DNA from: an uncultured Gemmatimonadales bacterium
GTDB lineage: Bacteria > Gemmatimonadota > Gemmatimonadetes > Gemmatimonadales > Gemmatimonadaceae
Reading direction: 5' to 3'
Length of the DNA stretch: 64,000 bases
Assembly (NCBI GenBank): GCA_963851265.1
Contig: CAWKNZ010000006.1
Coordinates: forward strand, 1 to 64,000
A program made the position numbers and the translations under genes. Shown one piece after another: positions 19,600 to 30,173 of the stretch. Below the pieces are notes generated by a model, which was not told the origin of the DNA, ran no database searches, and saw only the letters and a list, made by a program, of their open reading frames with translations. Each line of letters opens with the position of its first letter. Positions within the stretch are counted from its first letter, which is position 1.

Positions 19600-19861
19600 C
19601 GGCGCAGGGGAGGTCGTGCGCAGGCCGCGCGGCGAGTGGCACACGGTCTGGAACGCGGGTCCCGCCCCGGTGCGCCTCCTCGCGATCATCTCGCCCGCGG
19701 GGTTCGAACGGCACTTCGACGAGCTCGCTGGGCTCACGACGCCTAACGCGCCCGCTCCCGGCATCCCGGGCATCGTGGCGCCGGCCGAGCGCTACGGGCT
19801 GGAGATCGATCCGGCGGCCATCGGCCCGTTGCTCGCCGGGCACGCGCTCCGATTCGGGTGA
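19600..19861 (+). pseudogene. Cupin C-terminal remnant
   Basis: PRGEWHTVWNAGPAPVRLLAIISPAGFERHF with no intact N-terminus. Confidence 0.55.
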
Positions 19862-20055
19862 CGGGCCATCTCCGGCATCGTGGCCGGCGCGGGTGATCGC
19901 CGCTCCGCTGATCGCGTGACCTCCGGAAGGTTCGGCACCCGAGCGGCCGCACGCGTCGCGTTAGGCAGAGCCCCGAAGGCGGTGTTCCTCGCCGGCGACC
20001 TGCGCGAGATCGAACTCGACCGTTGGGCCTTCGCGTACCAACCAGGAAGTTGCGC

Positions 20056-20970
20056 CTACCGGTTTCGGACGAAGATCTCCACGCGGCGATTCCTGGCGCG
20101 CCCGGCGGCATCCCCGTTCGGCGCCACCGGCACCGCGGCCCCGAAGCCGTCCGAGACGATCTTCGACGCCGGCAAGTACTTGCGGGACACGAACCACGTC
20201 GCGGCCGCCTCGGCGCGTTGTTGCGACAGGCGCAAGTTGTACGCGTCCGTCCCGACGTTGTCCGTGTAGCCGTTGATCTGGACGGTCGACTCTGCCCGGA
20301 CCTGAGACCGGAGGATCGCCGCCGCCTGCTCGAGTGCTGCGTTCCCCTCTGGTTTGATGGCCGACTTGTCGAAGTCGAAGAGGACGTCGCCGCGCAGGAT
20401 CACGACCAGGGAGTCATCCTGCACCGTGATCTCGACGTGCGGGTGGATCTGCTCTGGCGACGGCGGTACCGAGATATTGACCGGTAGTTGGGGCACGCCG
20501 ATCGGGTCGCCGTCGCAGTAAATGAGTTGTGCGACGCCGTGGTCCACCGAGCCGCCGGGAGTCGCGACGCCCCAGCCCGACATGCGTGCCGTCGCGAGGC
20601 CGCGGCTGGTATACGCCGCGCCTTCCCAGAGCGTGAGCGAGGACCAGGAGTAGAGGAGCGCACTCCCGCCGATGATGCGCGCGCCCACGCCGTCGAACGC
20701 GTCGAAGTTGACCGGATGGGACGTCGAGAAATACGCATAGTTCGACATCGACGACTCGGGCGAGTACGTGACCGGGGAGCCGGCCCCCACGCCGCCGGCG
20801 GTCACCTTCAGGCGGTGCGCGCGGTACGTGCGCGCGTTCACGAGATCGAAGATGGTCACGGTCATGCCGAGCGCACCTTTCGTGGTCACGCTCGCGATTG
20901 CCCATCGGTCGGAATCGACGTCGTCGACCGCGAGTTTCGTGTCACCACACGATCCGATACCTCGCCACAT
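20056..20970 (-). CDS. OmpA-like peptidoglycan-binding domain protein
   Basis: DVLFDFDKSAI, GYTDNVG, YNLRLSQQRA, NRRVEI. Confidence 0.85.
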   Translation of the reverse strand: MWRGIGSCGDTKLAVDDVDSDRWAIASVTTKGALGMTVTIFDLVNARTYRAHRLKVTAGGVGAGSPVTYSPESSMSNYAYFSTSHPVNFDAFDGVGARIIGGSALLYSWSSLTLWEGAAYTSRGLATARMSGWGVATPGGSVDHGVAQLIYCDGDPIGVPQLPVNISVPPSPEQIHPHVEITVQDDSLVVILRGDVLFDFDKSAIKPEGNAALEQAAAILRSQVRAESTVQINGYTDNVGTDAYNLRLSQQRAEAAATWFVSRKYLPASKIVSDGFGAAVPVAPNGDAAGRARNRRVEIFVRNR

Positions 20971-21427
20971 CGCCTTGGGTCTCCTTTACGCACGGTGGAC
21001 GGCAACGGAGGCGCGTGGCACTCCGCGTCGACGACGGACCTTTCCCAATGCTGCGTGCGGCGGCGCCTGGCGAACGATCGTGGCCCGCGCATCGCGGCCT
21101 TGCTCTGAACAACCGAGAATGCGCCGCCGGGCGATCACGGCGCCCCGGGTCGGACCCGCGTCGACGGGTGCGGTCGGTGTCAGGACGTTAGGCGGTCGCG
21201 TGTCGATCGTCGACTGCCGATGGGTCTCGCGGCATGGCGTCGGCGCGTGCCCCAGCACGCCTCCGCCGCCTCGCGAGACGACCCGTGACGCAATCGCGCG
21301 AGTTCGTCGCGTCTCGCTCGCGTGCGGTCGAACCGCCCTGACAAACGAGGGGTCGCGCGAGGTGCCATCGCGTCAGCTCCGCCCCCGGCGGGTCGCGGTC
21401 CGGCGCGCGCCCGACGAGATTGGGGCC

Positions 21428-22753
21428 ATGCGCCGCTCCTCCGCCCTCGGGCTGATCGTCGTCCTGGGTGCCGGAATGGGCGCCGGGCTGCCGTGGCCGA
21501 CGACGACGCGGGCCCAGGCGCCGCTCCCGTTCGCGCCGCCCGGCCCGGAGACCCGCGTCATCTACCGACACGCGACGCTCATCGACGGGGCGCTGGATCC
21601 GGCGCTCGCCGCGCGGGCGACGGTGGTCGACCTCGGGGGTCGCTATCTGTTCCCGGGCCTGATCGACGCCCACGTGCACCTGGCGACGCCGCCCAACCGC
21701 CGGCAGGCGGAAGCCGTCCTGCGGCGCGACCTCTATGGCGGCGTGACGGCCGTGCGCGACATGGCCGACGACCTGCGCGCGGTGGGCGAGCTCACGCGCG
21801 CGAGTCTGGTCGGCGAGATCGCCGGCCCCGACATCTACTTCGCCGCCGTCATGGCGGGTCGCACCTTCTTCACCGACCGGCGCACCGTCCAGGTGTCCGC
21901 CGGCGGCGTGCCCGGGCAGCTGCCCTGGATGCAGGCGGTCACGGACTCGACGGAGCTCCCGCTGGCGGTCGCGCGCGCGCGCGGGACGTCCGCAACCGCG
22001 GTCAAGCTCTACGCCGACCTGTCGCCGGCCCTCGCGGCGCGGATCACGACGGTGGCCCACCGCCAGCACCTCCTCGTGTGGTCGCACGCCACGCTCTTCC
22101 CCGCGAAGCCGTCGGACGTCGTGGCGGCGGGGGTCGATGCGCTGTCCCACGCCTGTCTGCTGGTGCGGAAGACGCAGGCGCAGGTGCCGCAGTGGGCAGC
22201 GCCGCGGGCGCCGGTGCCGCTCGACGCGTTCCGGGGCGGGCGCCACCCGGGCCTCGCCCACCTGTTCACGGCGATGGCGCGCGCGGGCACGATCGTCGAC
22301 GCGACGGTCTGGACGTTCGCCATCGCGACCGCGCCGCCGACCGTGCGGACGCCGCTACCGCCCGGCAGCTGCGACGACGCCGTGGGCGGCGCGATCACGG
22401 GGCAGGCGTTCCGCGCGGGGGTGCCGATCGCAGCCGGCACGGACAGCGTCGCGCCCTGGACCGATCCCTGGCCGGACCTCTTCCACGAACTCGACGCGCT
22501 CGCCACGAAAGCGGGGATGCCGGCGAGCGCCGTGCTCAGCGCCGCGACGCTCGTCGGCGCACGTGCCGTGGGGCAGGCGCAAGCGATGGGGGGCATCGAA
22601 GCCGGCAAGCTCGCGAACTTCGTGGTGTTGGCGCGCAACCCACTCGACGACCTCGCCAACCTGAAGAGCGTGGTCTGGACGGTGAAGCGCGGCCGCCGCT
22701 TCGAGCGGCGCGCGTTCGTCCCGCTCACCCCCGGCGACATCACCGACTTCTAG
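21428..22753 (+). CDS. Secreted amidohydrolase family protein
   Basis: PGLIDAHVH, GVTAVRD, AGTD, GGIEAGKLANFVVL. Confidence 0.88.
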   Translation: MRRSSALGLIVVLGAGMGAGLPWPTTTRAQAPLPFAPPGPETRVIYRHATLIDGALDPALAARATVVDLGGRYLFPGLIDAHVHLATPPNRRQAEAVLRRDLYGGVTAVRDMADDLRAVGELTRASLVGEIAGPDIYFAAVMAGRTFFTDRRTVQVSAGGVPGQLPWMQAVTDSTELPLAVARARGTSATAVKLYADLSPALAARITTVAHRQHLLVWSHATLFPAKPSDVVAAGVDALSHACLLVRKTQAQVPQWAAPRAPVPLDAFRGGRHPGLAHLFTAMARAGTIVDATVWTFAIATAPPTVRTPLPPGSCDDAVGGAITGQAFRAGVPIAAGTDSVAPWTDPWPDLFHELDALATKAGMPASAVLSAATLVGARAVGQAQAMGGIEAGKLANFVVLARNPLDDLANLKSVVWTVKRGRRFERRAFVPLTPGDITDF

Positions 22754-22885
22754 CGTCGCCCCTCCGGCCCGCTCCGCTGGGCCGGCGCAGCTCGCGTATC
22801 GGGTTTGCCCGTTGCGGAGTCGCGATGCCGCCGCACCGCCCCGTCCTCGCCACTTCCGTCACCCGACCGAACCCGCGCACTGCCG

Positions 22886-24172
22886 ATGCTCCTATTCGCG
22901 CTCCTCACGGCCGGCCTGATTCTCGGAACGTTCGCCCTCGTCGGCCTGCTCAGCGCGGTGCGCGGGACACCGATCGACGCCGTCGTCGCCTCCGACGGGC
23001 CGCTCCCGCCGGTCGAGAATCCGGCCTTCCGCACGTCGATGGAACTCGTGAGCCGCACCCCGATGTTCGCGGGCCATCACGTCGAGGTCTTCTGGAACGG
23101 CGATCAGACGTACGGGCGCCTCTGGGCCGACCTCCGCGGCGCCCGGAGTTCGATCACGCTCCAACTCTACTACTGCGAGCCCGGCCGGATGGCCGACGAG
23201 TTGCGCGACATCCTCGTCGACCGTGCGCGCCAGGGCGTTCGCGTGCTCTTCCTCTACGACGCGTTCGGCACCTCGCTGCCGCGCGACTACTTCGACGCGC
23301 TCCGGGCCGGCGGCGTCCGCGTCGAGTGCTTCCGCCCGCTCGTACTCCGCGGGATCCGGACCCTCCAGCATCGGGCGCACATCCGCGTCGTGTGTGTCGA
23401 CGGCCGGATCGGCTGGACCGGCGGCTTCGGCATCGCGGACAAGTGGTTCGGCGACGGCCGGTCGCCCGGCCAGTGGCGCGACTCCAACGTGCGCTTCCTC
23501 GGGCCCGCGGTGGATCAGCTGCGGGCCGCGTTCACCGCCTGCTGGGCGGAATCGACGCACGAGCTGCTGATCCTGCCGGTCGAGATCCCGGCGCGCGAGC
23601 GGGACGGCAAGGTGGCGGACGGCGTCGTCGCCGGGCTGCTGCACGCGTCGCCGTCGGTCGGCAGCACGGAGGCGGAGCGCTTCTTCACCTACGCCATCGC
23701 CAGTGCACGCCGCACGTTGTACATCGCCAACTCCTACTTCGTCCCCGACCGCGGGATTCGGGAGATGCTCGCCGCCGCCGCGCGGCGCGGCGTGGACACG
23801 CGGATCCTCACCGTCGGCCCGGCCACCGACGTCCGGAGCACCTGGTACGCCGGCCGCGCGCATTACGAGGAGTTGCTGCGCGCCGGGGTTCGGGTGTTCG
23901 AGTACGCGCCGGTGATGATGCACGCCAAGACGCTCACCGTCGACGGCCACTTCGCCGCGTTAGGCAGCATGAACGCCGACAACCGCTCGCTCTCGTTCAA
24001 CGAGGAAACCGTGCTGCTGGTCGCCGACGCGCTGGTCGCGGGAACCGTGGAGCGGCAGTTCCTCGACGACCTCGCGTTCGCGAAGGAGATGGACCTCGAC
24101 GCGTGCCGCCGGCGGGGCGGGATCGAGCGGCTGAAAGAGCTGGCGTGCTACTCCGTGTGGCGGGTGCTCTGA
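22886..24172 (+). CDS. cls: Cardiolipin synthase / phospholipase D family
   Basis: Two PLD motifs: HIRVVCVD...TGGFG and HAKTLTVD...GSMN. Confidence 0.85.
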   Translation: MLLFALLTAGLILGTFALVGLLSAVRGTPIDAVVASDGPLPPVENPAFRTSMELVSRTPMFAGHHVEVFWNGDQTYGRLWADLRGARSSITLQLYYCEPGRMADELRDILVDRARQGVRVLFLYDAFGTSLPRDYFDALRAGGVRVECFRPLVLRGIRTLQHRAHIRVVCVDGRIGWTGGFGIADKWFGDGRSPGQWRDSNVRFLGPAVDQLRAAFTACWAESTHELLILPVEIPARERDGKVADGVVAGLLHASPSVGSTEAERFFTYAIASARRTLYIANSYFVPDRGIREMLAAAARRGVDTRILTVGPATDVRSTWYAGRAHYEELLRAGVRVFEYAPVMMHAKTLTVDGHFAALGSMNADNRSLSFNEETVLLVADALVAGTVERQFLDDLAFAKEMDLDACRRRGGIERLKELACYSVWRVL

Positions 24173-24217
24173 GCGGCGTCCGGCGCCGGGCGCGGCGCCG
24201 AGAACGCCTGCGTCGCG

Positions 24218-25888
24218 TCAGCCGAGGTAGCCGAGCGACGTCCACAGCTCGCGCTCGGCGCGGTGCCGGTCGTCGATCACCCGGCACGCGACGTCGATGC
24301 GCATCGTCGGCCGGCGCGCGAGGTCGTACGGCGGCCACGCCGGCTGACCGGGCGCCTCGGGGCGGCCCGTGCGGGCGAAGCTCGTCCAGAGCGCGGCCAT
24401 GTTCCGCGCCGCCGTTAGGCGCTCCGGCCGGCCGCCCGAAAACGGGCTCGGCGAGTCGACGTTGAGGAACTTGAACGCGATGTCGGCGGCGTGCGGCGTT
24501 CCCATCGGGTAGTCCGTACCGGGAACCTTCACCTCGGACTTGTAGCCGAAGTTGTACAGGTACGCGGGCGCGCCTCCCTGCTCCGCCTTCTTCTCGGCGA
24601 TGTCGATGGAGCCGAGCCCCATGAGCGTGACCGTCTCCACCTCGACGTAGACGTCGGTCGGGGAGGCCGAGGGGCGGCTGCGCCGATAGGTGTCCACGAC
24701 GCGCGTCGTCTCCGCGCCGAACCGCGGCGCCAGCTTCGCCTGCAGCCCGCCCCAGTCCAGCCCGAACCCGCTCGTGTCCTTCGCCGCCCAGGCGAAGAAG
24801 GTGTACTCGTCCTCGTTCCAGCCGACCATGAGCGGCTTGTCGCGCGAGATGGCCGGCGCGGTCGGGTCGAACGGGTGCCGCGGGAGCACCACGCCGTCCA
24901 CCACGGGCGCGTAGCCGCCCGGTGCCGCGGGCCCGATCCCGCGCGGGGGCCGCGACACCGGGAGTCTCGCGGACGCCCCGGGCGCGACGGGCGGCACGCG
25001 CATCTGGAGCGCCAGCAGGTCGGCCGCGCTCAGGTCCAGCAGCCGGCGCCACCCGCTCGGCGCGAGGTTCAACTGCTTCAGCAGGCCCGCCGTGGTCGCG
25101 GCGGCCACCTCGCGCGGGGTCATCCGAACGCCCGGGCCGCTCTCGATGGACGCCTTGGCGAAGTACGGCGCCGCGCTCGGCATCGCGTAGAGGCAGGAGG
25201 TCTTCGCGCCGCCGCCCGACTCACCGAACGCCATCACGTTGCCCGGGTCGCCGCCGAACGCGGCGACGTTCTCGTGCACCCACCGGAGCCCGTCCACGAT
25301 GTCGAGGAGGCCGTTGTTGCCCGAGCCCGCGTACGCCTCGCCGGCCACCTCGTCGAGGTAGAGAAAGCCGAGCAGCCCGAGCCGGTGGTTGGTCTCGACC
25401 ACGACCACGTCGAACTCGCGCGCGAGGTTGGTGCCGTCCTGACTGCGGCTCCCCCCCGACCCCGTCGAAAACCCACCGCCGTGGCTGTAGAACATGACCG
25501 GCCGTTTGCGCCCGTCGCAGGCGGGCGTCCACACGTTCAGCACGAGGCAATCCTCGGCCGGCAGCGGCTCGTCGACGCCGTAGGTCTGGTTCGGCGGTTG
25601 GATCGCCGGCGGGCCGAGCCGGAGCGCGTCGCGCACGCCCGTCCAGGGCGCGAGGGGCGCGGGTCGGCGGAAGCGCCGGTCGCCGGAGACCCGCCCGGCG
25701 TAGGGGACGCCCCGAAACACGCTCACCCCGGCGACGCGCGCGCCACGCACCTTGCCGTAGGCCGTCTCCGCCACGACGTCGTCCGCGCGGCGAATGCCTA
25801 ACGCACGCTCGACTCTCGCGAGTCCGACGACGCCCGCCGCGGCGAGCGGGGCGGACGAGAGGAAGTCCCTACGGGAGATCGGGATCAC
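24218..25888 (-). CDS. Type B carboxylesterase with Tat signal
   Basis: SRRDFL; EDCLVLNVWTP, HGGGF, FGESGGG. Confidence 0.92.
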   Translation of the reverse strand: MIPISRRDFLSSAPLAAAGVVGLARVERALGIRRADDVVAETAYGKVRGARVAGVSVFRGVPYAGRVSGDRRFRRPAPLAPWTGVRDALRLGPPAIQPPNQTYGVDEPLPAEDCLVLNVWTPACDGRKRPVMFYSHGGGFSTGSGGSRSQDGTNLAREFDVVVVETNHRLGLLGFLYLDEVAGEAYAGSGNNGLLDIVDGLRWVHENVAAFGGDPGNVMAFGESGGGAKTSCLYAMPSAAPYFAKASIESGPGVRMTPREVAAATTAGLLKQLNLAPSGWRRLLDLSAADLLALQMRVPPVAPGASARLPVSRPPRGIGPAAPGGYAPVVDGVVLPRHPFDPTAPAISRDKPLMVGWNEDEYTFFAWAAKDTSGFGLDWGGLQAKLAPRFGAETTRVVDTYRRSRPSASPTDVYVEVETVTLMGLGSIDIAEKKAEQGGAPAYLYNFGYKSEVKVPGTDYPMGTPHAADIAFKFLNVDSPSPFSGGRPERLTAARNMAALWTSFARTGRPEAPGQPAWPPYDLARRPTMRIDVACRVIDDRHRAERELWTSLGYLG

Positions 25889-26282
25889 GCGACGGACTCC
25901 TTGTGTGCGGGGTGCGGAACCGGATGGTGCGCGATCGCGCCCGGAGCGTGGGCCCTGCGGGCGCGGTGGTTCACCGTTTGGTTGATCCCGCGCCACCCGA
26001 CGGCAACCGCCCGGCGAACACGGCGACGTGTGCGACGTCCCACGCGACAGCGAGCCGCGAGCGTGGTCGACAGCGCATCATACATCGCCATACGGCACCG
26101 AGACACGGCCCTGTGACGCCACACCCGCGGCTCGCGGGGGGAGCGGCCCGACGCGGCCAGAAGGTCGGCCAACGCGAACGGTGCCGTGCCGCCGGCCCGC
26201 GGGCTGGGGTTCCTGTACAACGTCGTGTCGGACGCGGCGGTGCGCGACTCGTCCGTCGCCTGTGGTCGATTGGTCTCGACCT

Positions 26283-28970
26283 TCAGCCTTGAGGCCGCCG
26301 CTGACGCAGGCCTGTACTCCGCCCGACGCGCGCGTCCCGGCGCCCGCGGCGCGGCGCAGGTGCGACCCCGTCCGGCGGCTGAGGCACGCCGTCATGGGAG
26401 GCGTCCGCAGTCCCGCGGTCGATCGCGCGGCCGTGCCGGCCGTCTCTCGCCAGGTGACTCGAGGCGGTGTCCGCGCGCGCGCGGTACCCGTCCTCGCCGC
26501 CCGCCCACGCCCACGCGACAGCCTCCCAGTGCGTGCCGGCGCTGTCGGGGCGCCCCACGGCATCGTACGCGCGGGCGAGCGTCTCGTGCAGCTCGGGGCG
26601 CGTCACGTACAGATTCGACCCTTCGAGCTCGCCGCGCAGCGTCAGGGCGAGGAGCGGGATCGCCTCGCGGGCCCGACCCGTCGCCACCAGGAGCTGCGCC
26701 TCCGCGAGCGACGCGCGCGTGAACCCGTGCGTGCGAGAGAGCGTCGCACGCCGGAAGGCCTCGCGCGCGCGCTCCGGCTCCCCGCGCGCGGCCCACACGA
26801 GACCCCGTACGTACTCGTGCAGGTGGTGGTCGCGGGCGAGCGCGCTTCCGCGCCCCTCGCGCTCGACCGTGTCGGCGAGTGCGGCCACGGCACCCGTGTC
26901 GCCCACCGCTGCAAGGGCGGTCGCGGCATGGGTGAGTGCCCACGCCCGCTTGCGCGCGACCATGCCAGGCATGCCCGAGTCCTCGGGTTCGCGCTGTACG
27001 CTGAGCGCCCGGAACAGCAGCGCAGCCTCGCGCGCGCGCCCGCTCTCGAGCAGGATCTGACCCTCCATCAGGGTGTGCGGGTACGCAGCCAGCGCGAGCC
27101 CGCGCCGCTCGCTCCAGCGGAGCGGGCCCTCGACCAACGCGAGCGCCTCGCGCGGACGGCCGCGATACCGCAGCAGGATCGCCCACCACCAGAGCGCCGA
27201 CTGGCGCTCGACGGCCGTCCCGTGCGCGGCGACGACGCGGAGCGCGGTATCCGCTGCGGCGTACCGTTCCGCGCGCAACGCGAGCGCCGCGCGCGCGAGG
27301 AGAGCGGCCCCCACGCCCGGGCGGCCCTCGCCCTGCTCGGCCGCGTCGACCGCGGCGAGCGCCGCGTCGGGCCGGTCGGCGAGGGCGAGCGCGGACGCGA
27401 GTCCCATCCACGCGGCGGCCGACCGTGGTTCACCACGTGTCCACTCCTGTGCGGCGCGCACCGCGGCGTCGATGGAGTCGGCGGCGCCGTACGCGCGCAC
27501 GACGGCCGCGTATGCCTCGCACCGGGGGCAGGTGACTTCCCCTGCGGACGACGCCTCGCGCAACAGACGGGTGTAGCAGGCGAGCGCGTCGGCGAAACGT
27601 CCCTCGACCTCGAGCGCGCTGCCCCGCGCCAGAACGACCTCGGGATCGTCGGGGAACTGCGCCGCGAGGGAGTCGGCAAGGGCGAGCTGCTCCGGAGCGT
27701 TGCCGAGGGACGCCCACCACTGGCGGATGACGAGCCGTTCGACCCGGCTGACCCGGCCGGAGAGCCGGACTGCGGTGCGGAGGAGACGGCGCGAGAGCCC
27801 CATGTCGACGGCGAGGTCGGCGCGGGCCGCGGCGTACGCACACATGGCGCAGCTGGAGTCCTCGCGCAGCGCGGACTCGAACAGCCGGGCGGCTTCGACC
27901 GGGTCCGACTCGTGGTAGAGCCGCGTCAGACCCTCGGCGAAGAGCCGGCGGGTGAGCGGCGACTGGGCCGTGATCGCCGCCGGATCGAGCACGTCCTGAC
28001 GCACCGTCGCGGGCGCTCGCGCGCGCGCGCGCGTGAAGATCCCGAGCGCCACCGCGAGGGCGAGCCCGACACCGACCGCGCCCCGGCGCGCGCGCCGGCC
28101 AGGTGCGACGCGCGTGACGGACCCCGCGCCTGTGGGAGGGTCGACGCCAGCTGTCGCAGGCGGCCGCGCGCCCGCGCCGGGCGGCGGTCCGAGCACGCGC
28201 GGCATCGCTGCGGCAGCCTCGCGACCGTCGGGCGGACCGGCCGACGTACGCAGGCGCGCCACGAACGCACGCGTCGCGACGTCGGGGGTCGCGCCAAACT
28301 CCTCGCGGAGTCGTCGCGCGAACGCGGCGGCCAGGGCCAGCGCCCCCGCGATGTCGCCGATCCGTTCGAGCAGGGCCAGCCCGCGCCGCAGCGACGGCTC
28401 GTCGTACGGGGCGAGCGCCAGCGCACGACGCACGGTGCGGCCCGCGGCGACCGCGTCGCCGGCCGCCTCGGCGCGCTCGGCCAACGTCCAGGCCGCGCGA
28501 TGTGCCGCCTGCGCGTACCGCGCCCGGGCCGCGTCCCACCACTGGTCCAACTCGGGACTGACGCCGTCGACATGGTACCCCTCGAGAAGCGGCGCGCGGT
28601 AGAACGAGAGCGCCTCCGCGGGCGCGTCGCGCGCGATGGCGAGATCGAAGGCAACGGCGTCACAGTCGATCGAACCCGGGGCGAGCGCGACGCTGTCGTC
28701 AGGCCGGACGGGGAGCGCCGGCGCCCCGACGACCCGGCGGAGGTGGAAGAGCGCCTGGCGCAGCGCCGCGCGCGCACGCGCGTCGTCGAGGTCTGGCCAG
28801 AAGCGCGCGAGCAGCACATCGCGGCGCACCGGTCCGCCGCCCGCGTCGTCCAGGGCGAGATAAAGGAGCAGAGCGAGCGGCTTCGGTTGGACGGGGAGCG
28901 GACGCTCGGTCGCCCCGTCGCGCACGAGGAGCTGCACGGGGCCGAACAGGCACAGACGGATCGCGGGCAT
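26283..28970 (-). CDS. SARP/BTAD-family transcriptional activator with TM segment and TPR region
   Basis: LCLFGPVQL, ALLLYLAL, RRDVLLARFWPD, LRQALFHLRR, CDAVAF, LAPYDE. Confidence 0.85.
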   Translation of the reverse strand: MPAIRLCLFGPVQLLVRDGATERPLPVQPKPLALLLYLALDDAGGGPVRRDVLLARFWPDLDDARARAALRQALFHLRRVVGAPALPVRPDDSVALAPGSIDCDAVAFDLAIARDAPAEALSFYRAPLLEGYHVDGVSPELDQWWDAARARYAQAAHRAAWTLAERAEAAGDAVAAGRTVRRALALAPYDEPSLRRGLALLERIGDIAGALALAAAFARRLREEFGATPDVATRAFVARLRTSAGPPDGREAAAAMPRVLGPPPGAGARPPATAGVDPPTGAGSVTRVAPGRRARRGAVGVGLALAVALGIFTRARARAPATVRQDVLDPAAITAQSPLTRRLFAEGLTRLYHESDPVEAARLFESALREDSSCAMCAYAAARADLAVDMGLSRRLLRTAVRLSGRVSRVERLVIRQWWASLGNAPEQLALADSLAAQFPDDPEVVLARGSALEVEGRFADALACYTRLLREASSAGEVTCPRCEAYAAVVRAYGAADSIDAAVRAAQEWTRGEPRSAAAWMGLASALALADRPDAALAAVDAAEQGEGRPGVGAALLARAALALRAERYAAADTALRVVAAHGTAVERQSALWWWAILLRYRGRPREALALVEGPLRWSERRGLALAAYPHTLMEGQILLESGRAREAALLFRALSVQREPEDSGMPGMVARKRAWALTHAATALAAVGDTGAVAALADTVEREGRGSALARDHHLHEYVRGLVWAARGEPERAREAFRRATLSRTHGFTRASLAEAQLLVATGRAREAIPLLALTLRGELEGSNLYVTRPELHETLARAYDAVGRPDSAGTHWEAVAWAWAGGEDGYRARADTASSHLARDGRHGRAIDRGTADASHDGVPQPPDGVAPAPRRGRRDARVGRSTGLRQRRPQG

Positions 28971-29062
28971 GGGGCGTCCTCCGCCGCGAACGTACGCCGA
29001 CGCGGCGGCGCCGGATAGAGCACACCCGCCCCGCGTGGCAGCGCCTTCCGGATCACGCGACG

Positions 29063-29115
29063 CGTCACCGCGCCGTCAGCGCGCCGTCAGCGCGGCCGCA
29101 AACGCGGCGCTGACG
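29063..29115. promoter_or_regulatory. Three CGTCA boxes at 11-bp period plus CGTCAG-N19-CTGACG palindrome
   Basis: Boxes at 29063, 29074, 29085; inverted box at 29110; between the divergent regulator and PEP-CTERM gene. Confidence 0.55.
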
Positions 29116-29172
29116 CCTCGCACCGATCATCCCCGCCTCGCTGGTCCCACACCCGACCCCAAGAGCCGTCGC

Positions 29173-29940
29173 ATGATCGCCCAACTGCTGATGTCCCCCC
29201 GCGCGCCGCTGGCCGTTGCCGCCGCGTGCCTCCTCGCCAGCCCCGCCAGAGCACAGAACCTCGTCGGGAACGGCGGCTTCGAACTGCCCGCGTTCCCCGG
29301 AAACGGCGACGCCTTCTCCACGATCACGGGGGCCGCAATCCCCGACTGGACGGTCGCGACCGGGTCGAACAAGGTGTTCCTCGAGTACGGGACACCGTTC
29401 GGGGTGCAGCGTACGTGTGAGGGGCGGCAATCGCTGTTCCTCAACTCCGACGGGGAGCAGGCCACCACGGCGAACCCCGCGCTCGGCTCCTGGGCCTACC
29501 AGGATCTCGCGACCACCATCGGGCAGACCTATCGGCTGACCTTCTTGGCCGGCGACGAGCAGACCGGCGCGCCGCTGACCGGAACACCCGGATCGTATAC
29601 CAGCCCGGCGTCGCTCCGCGTCACCATCGGCACCGCAATCGACGCGCTGACACAGACCGTCCTGCTCGGCACGCTCACGCGCCCGTGTGGGACCTTCGGC
29701 TTCGACTTCACCGCGGGCGGGTCGGTGACCCGCCTGCGCTTCGACGACCTGACGCCCAGGCAATTCGCCAACAACAGCCCCTTCATCGACGGCATCTCGG
29801 TCGTGGCGGTTGGCGGACCGTCGGTCGTGCCGGAGCCGGTCTCGCTCGCGCTACTCGTCCCCGGTCTCGGAGCGCTCGGCTGGCAGCAACACCGCGCGCG
29901 ACGCCGCGCGCATCGGCGCCCGGACGCGCGGCCCGCCTGA
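29173..29940 (+). CDS. PEP-CTERM protein with DUF642/CBM-like domain
   Basis: AQNLVGNGGFELP...YQDLATTIGQTYRLTF...VPEPVSLALLVPGLGAL. Confidence 0.85.
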   Translation: MIAQLLMSPRAPLAVAAACLLASPARAQNLVGNGGFELPAFPGNGDAFSTITGAAIPDWTVATGSNKVFLEYGTPFGVQRTCEGRQSLFLNSDGEQATTANPALGSWAYQDLATTIGQTYRLTFLAGDEQTGAPLTGTPGSYTSPASLRVTIGTAIDALTQTVLLGTLTRPCGTFGFDFTAGGSVTRLRFDDLTPRQFANNSPFIDGISVVAVGGPSVVPEPVSLALLVPGLGALGWQQHRARRRAHRRPDARPA

Positions 29941-30065
29941 CGCATTCGTCTGTCCGGCGTACCACGAGACCTGCGCCCGGTGTGACGGTCCGCCGCCGCG
30001 CGCTCGACCTCGCGCATGCACGCGGTAGCCTCGACCCGCCGGCGCGAGGGGGCGCTGACGACGCC

Positions 30066-30118
30066 CGTCAAGTACAGGCCGTACAACGGGTTGACGCACG
30101 CTGCCCACGACTTGACGC
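30066..30118. promoter_or_regulatory. CGTCAA-N19-TTGACG motif with a second TTGACGC 21 bp downstream
   Basis: Upstream of PEP-CTERM gene 30174; matches 15512-15564. Confidence 0.55.
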
Positions 30119-30173
30119 GGTCAGGCGAACGTGACGGTCCCACGCGGTCCCGTCATCCCAGCCCAGAACGCGA

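Noticed and set aside
21322..29018. Very long alternative ORFs (21322-24465, 26028-29018 and similar)
   Set aside because: Arg/Ala/Pro-rich shadow frames overlapping well-supported genes, expected at this GC content.
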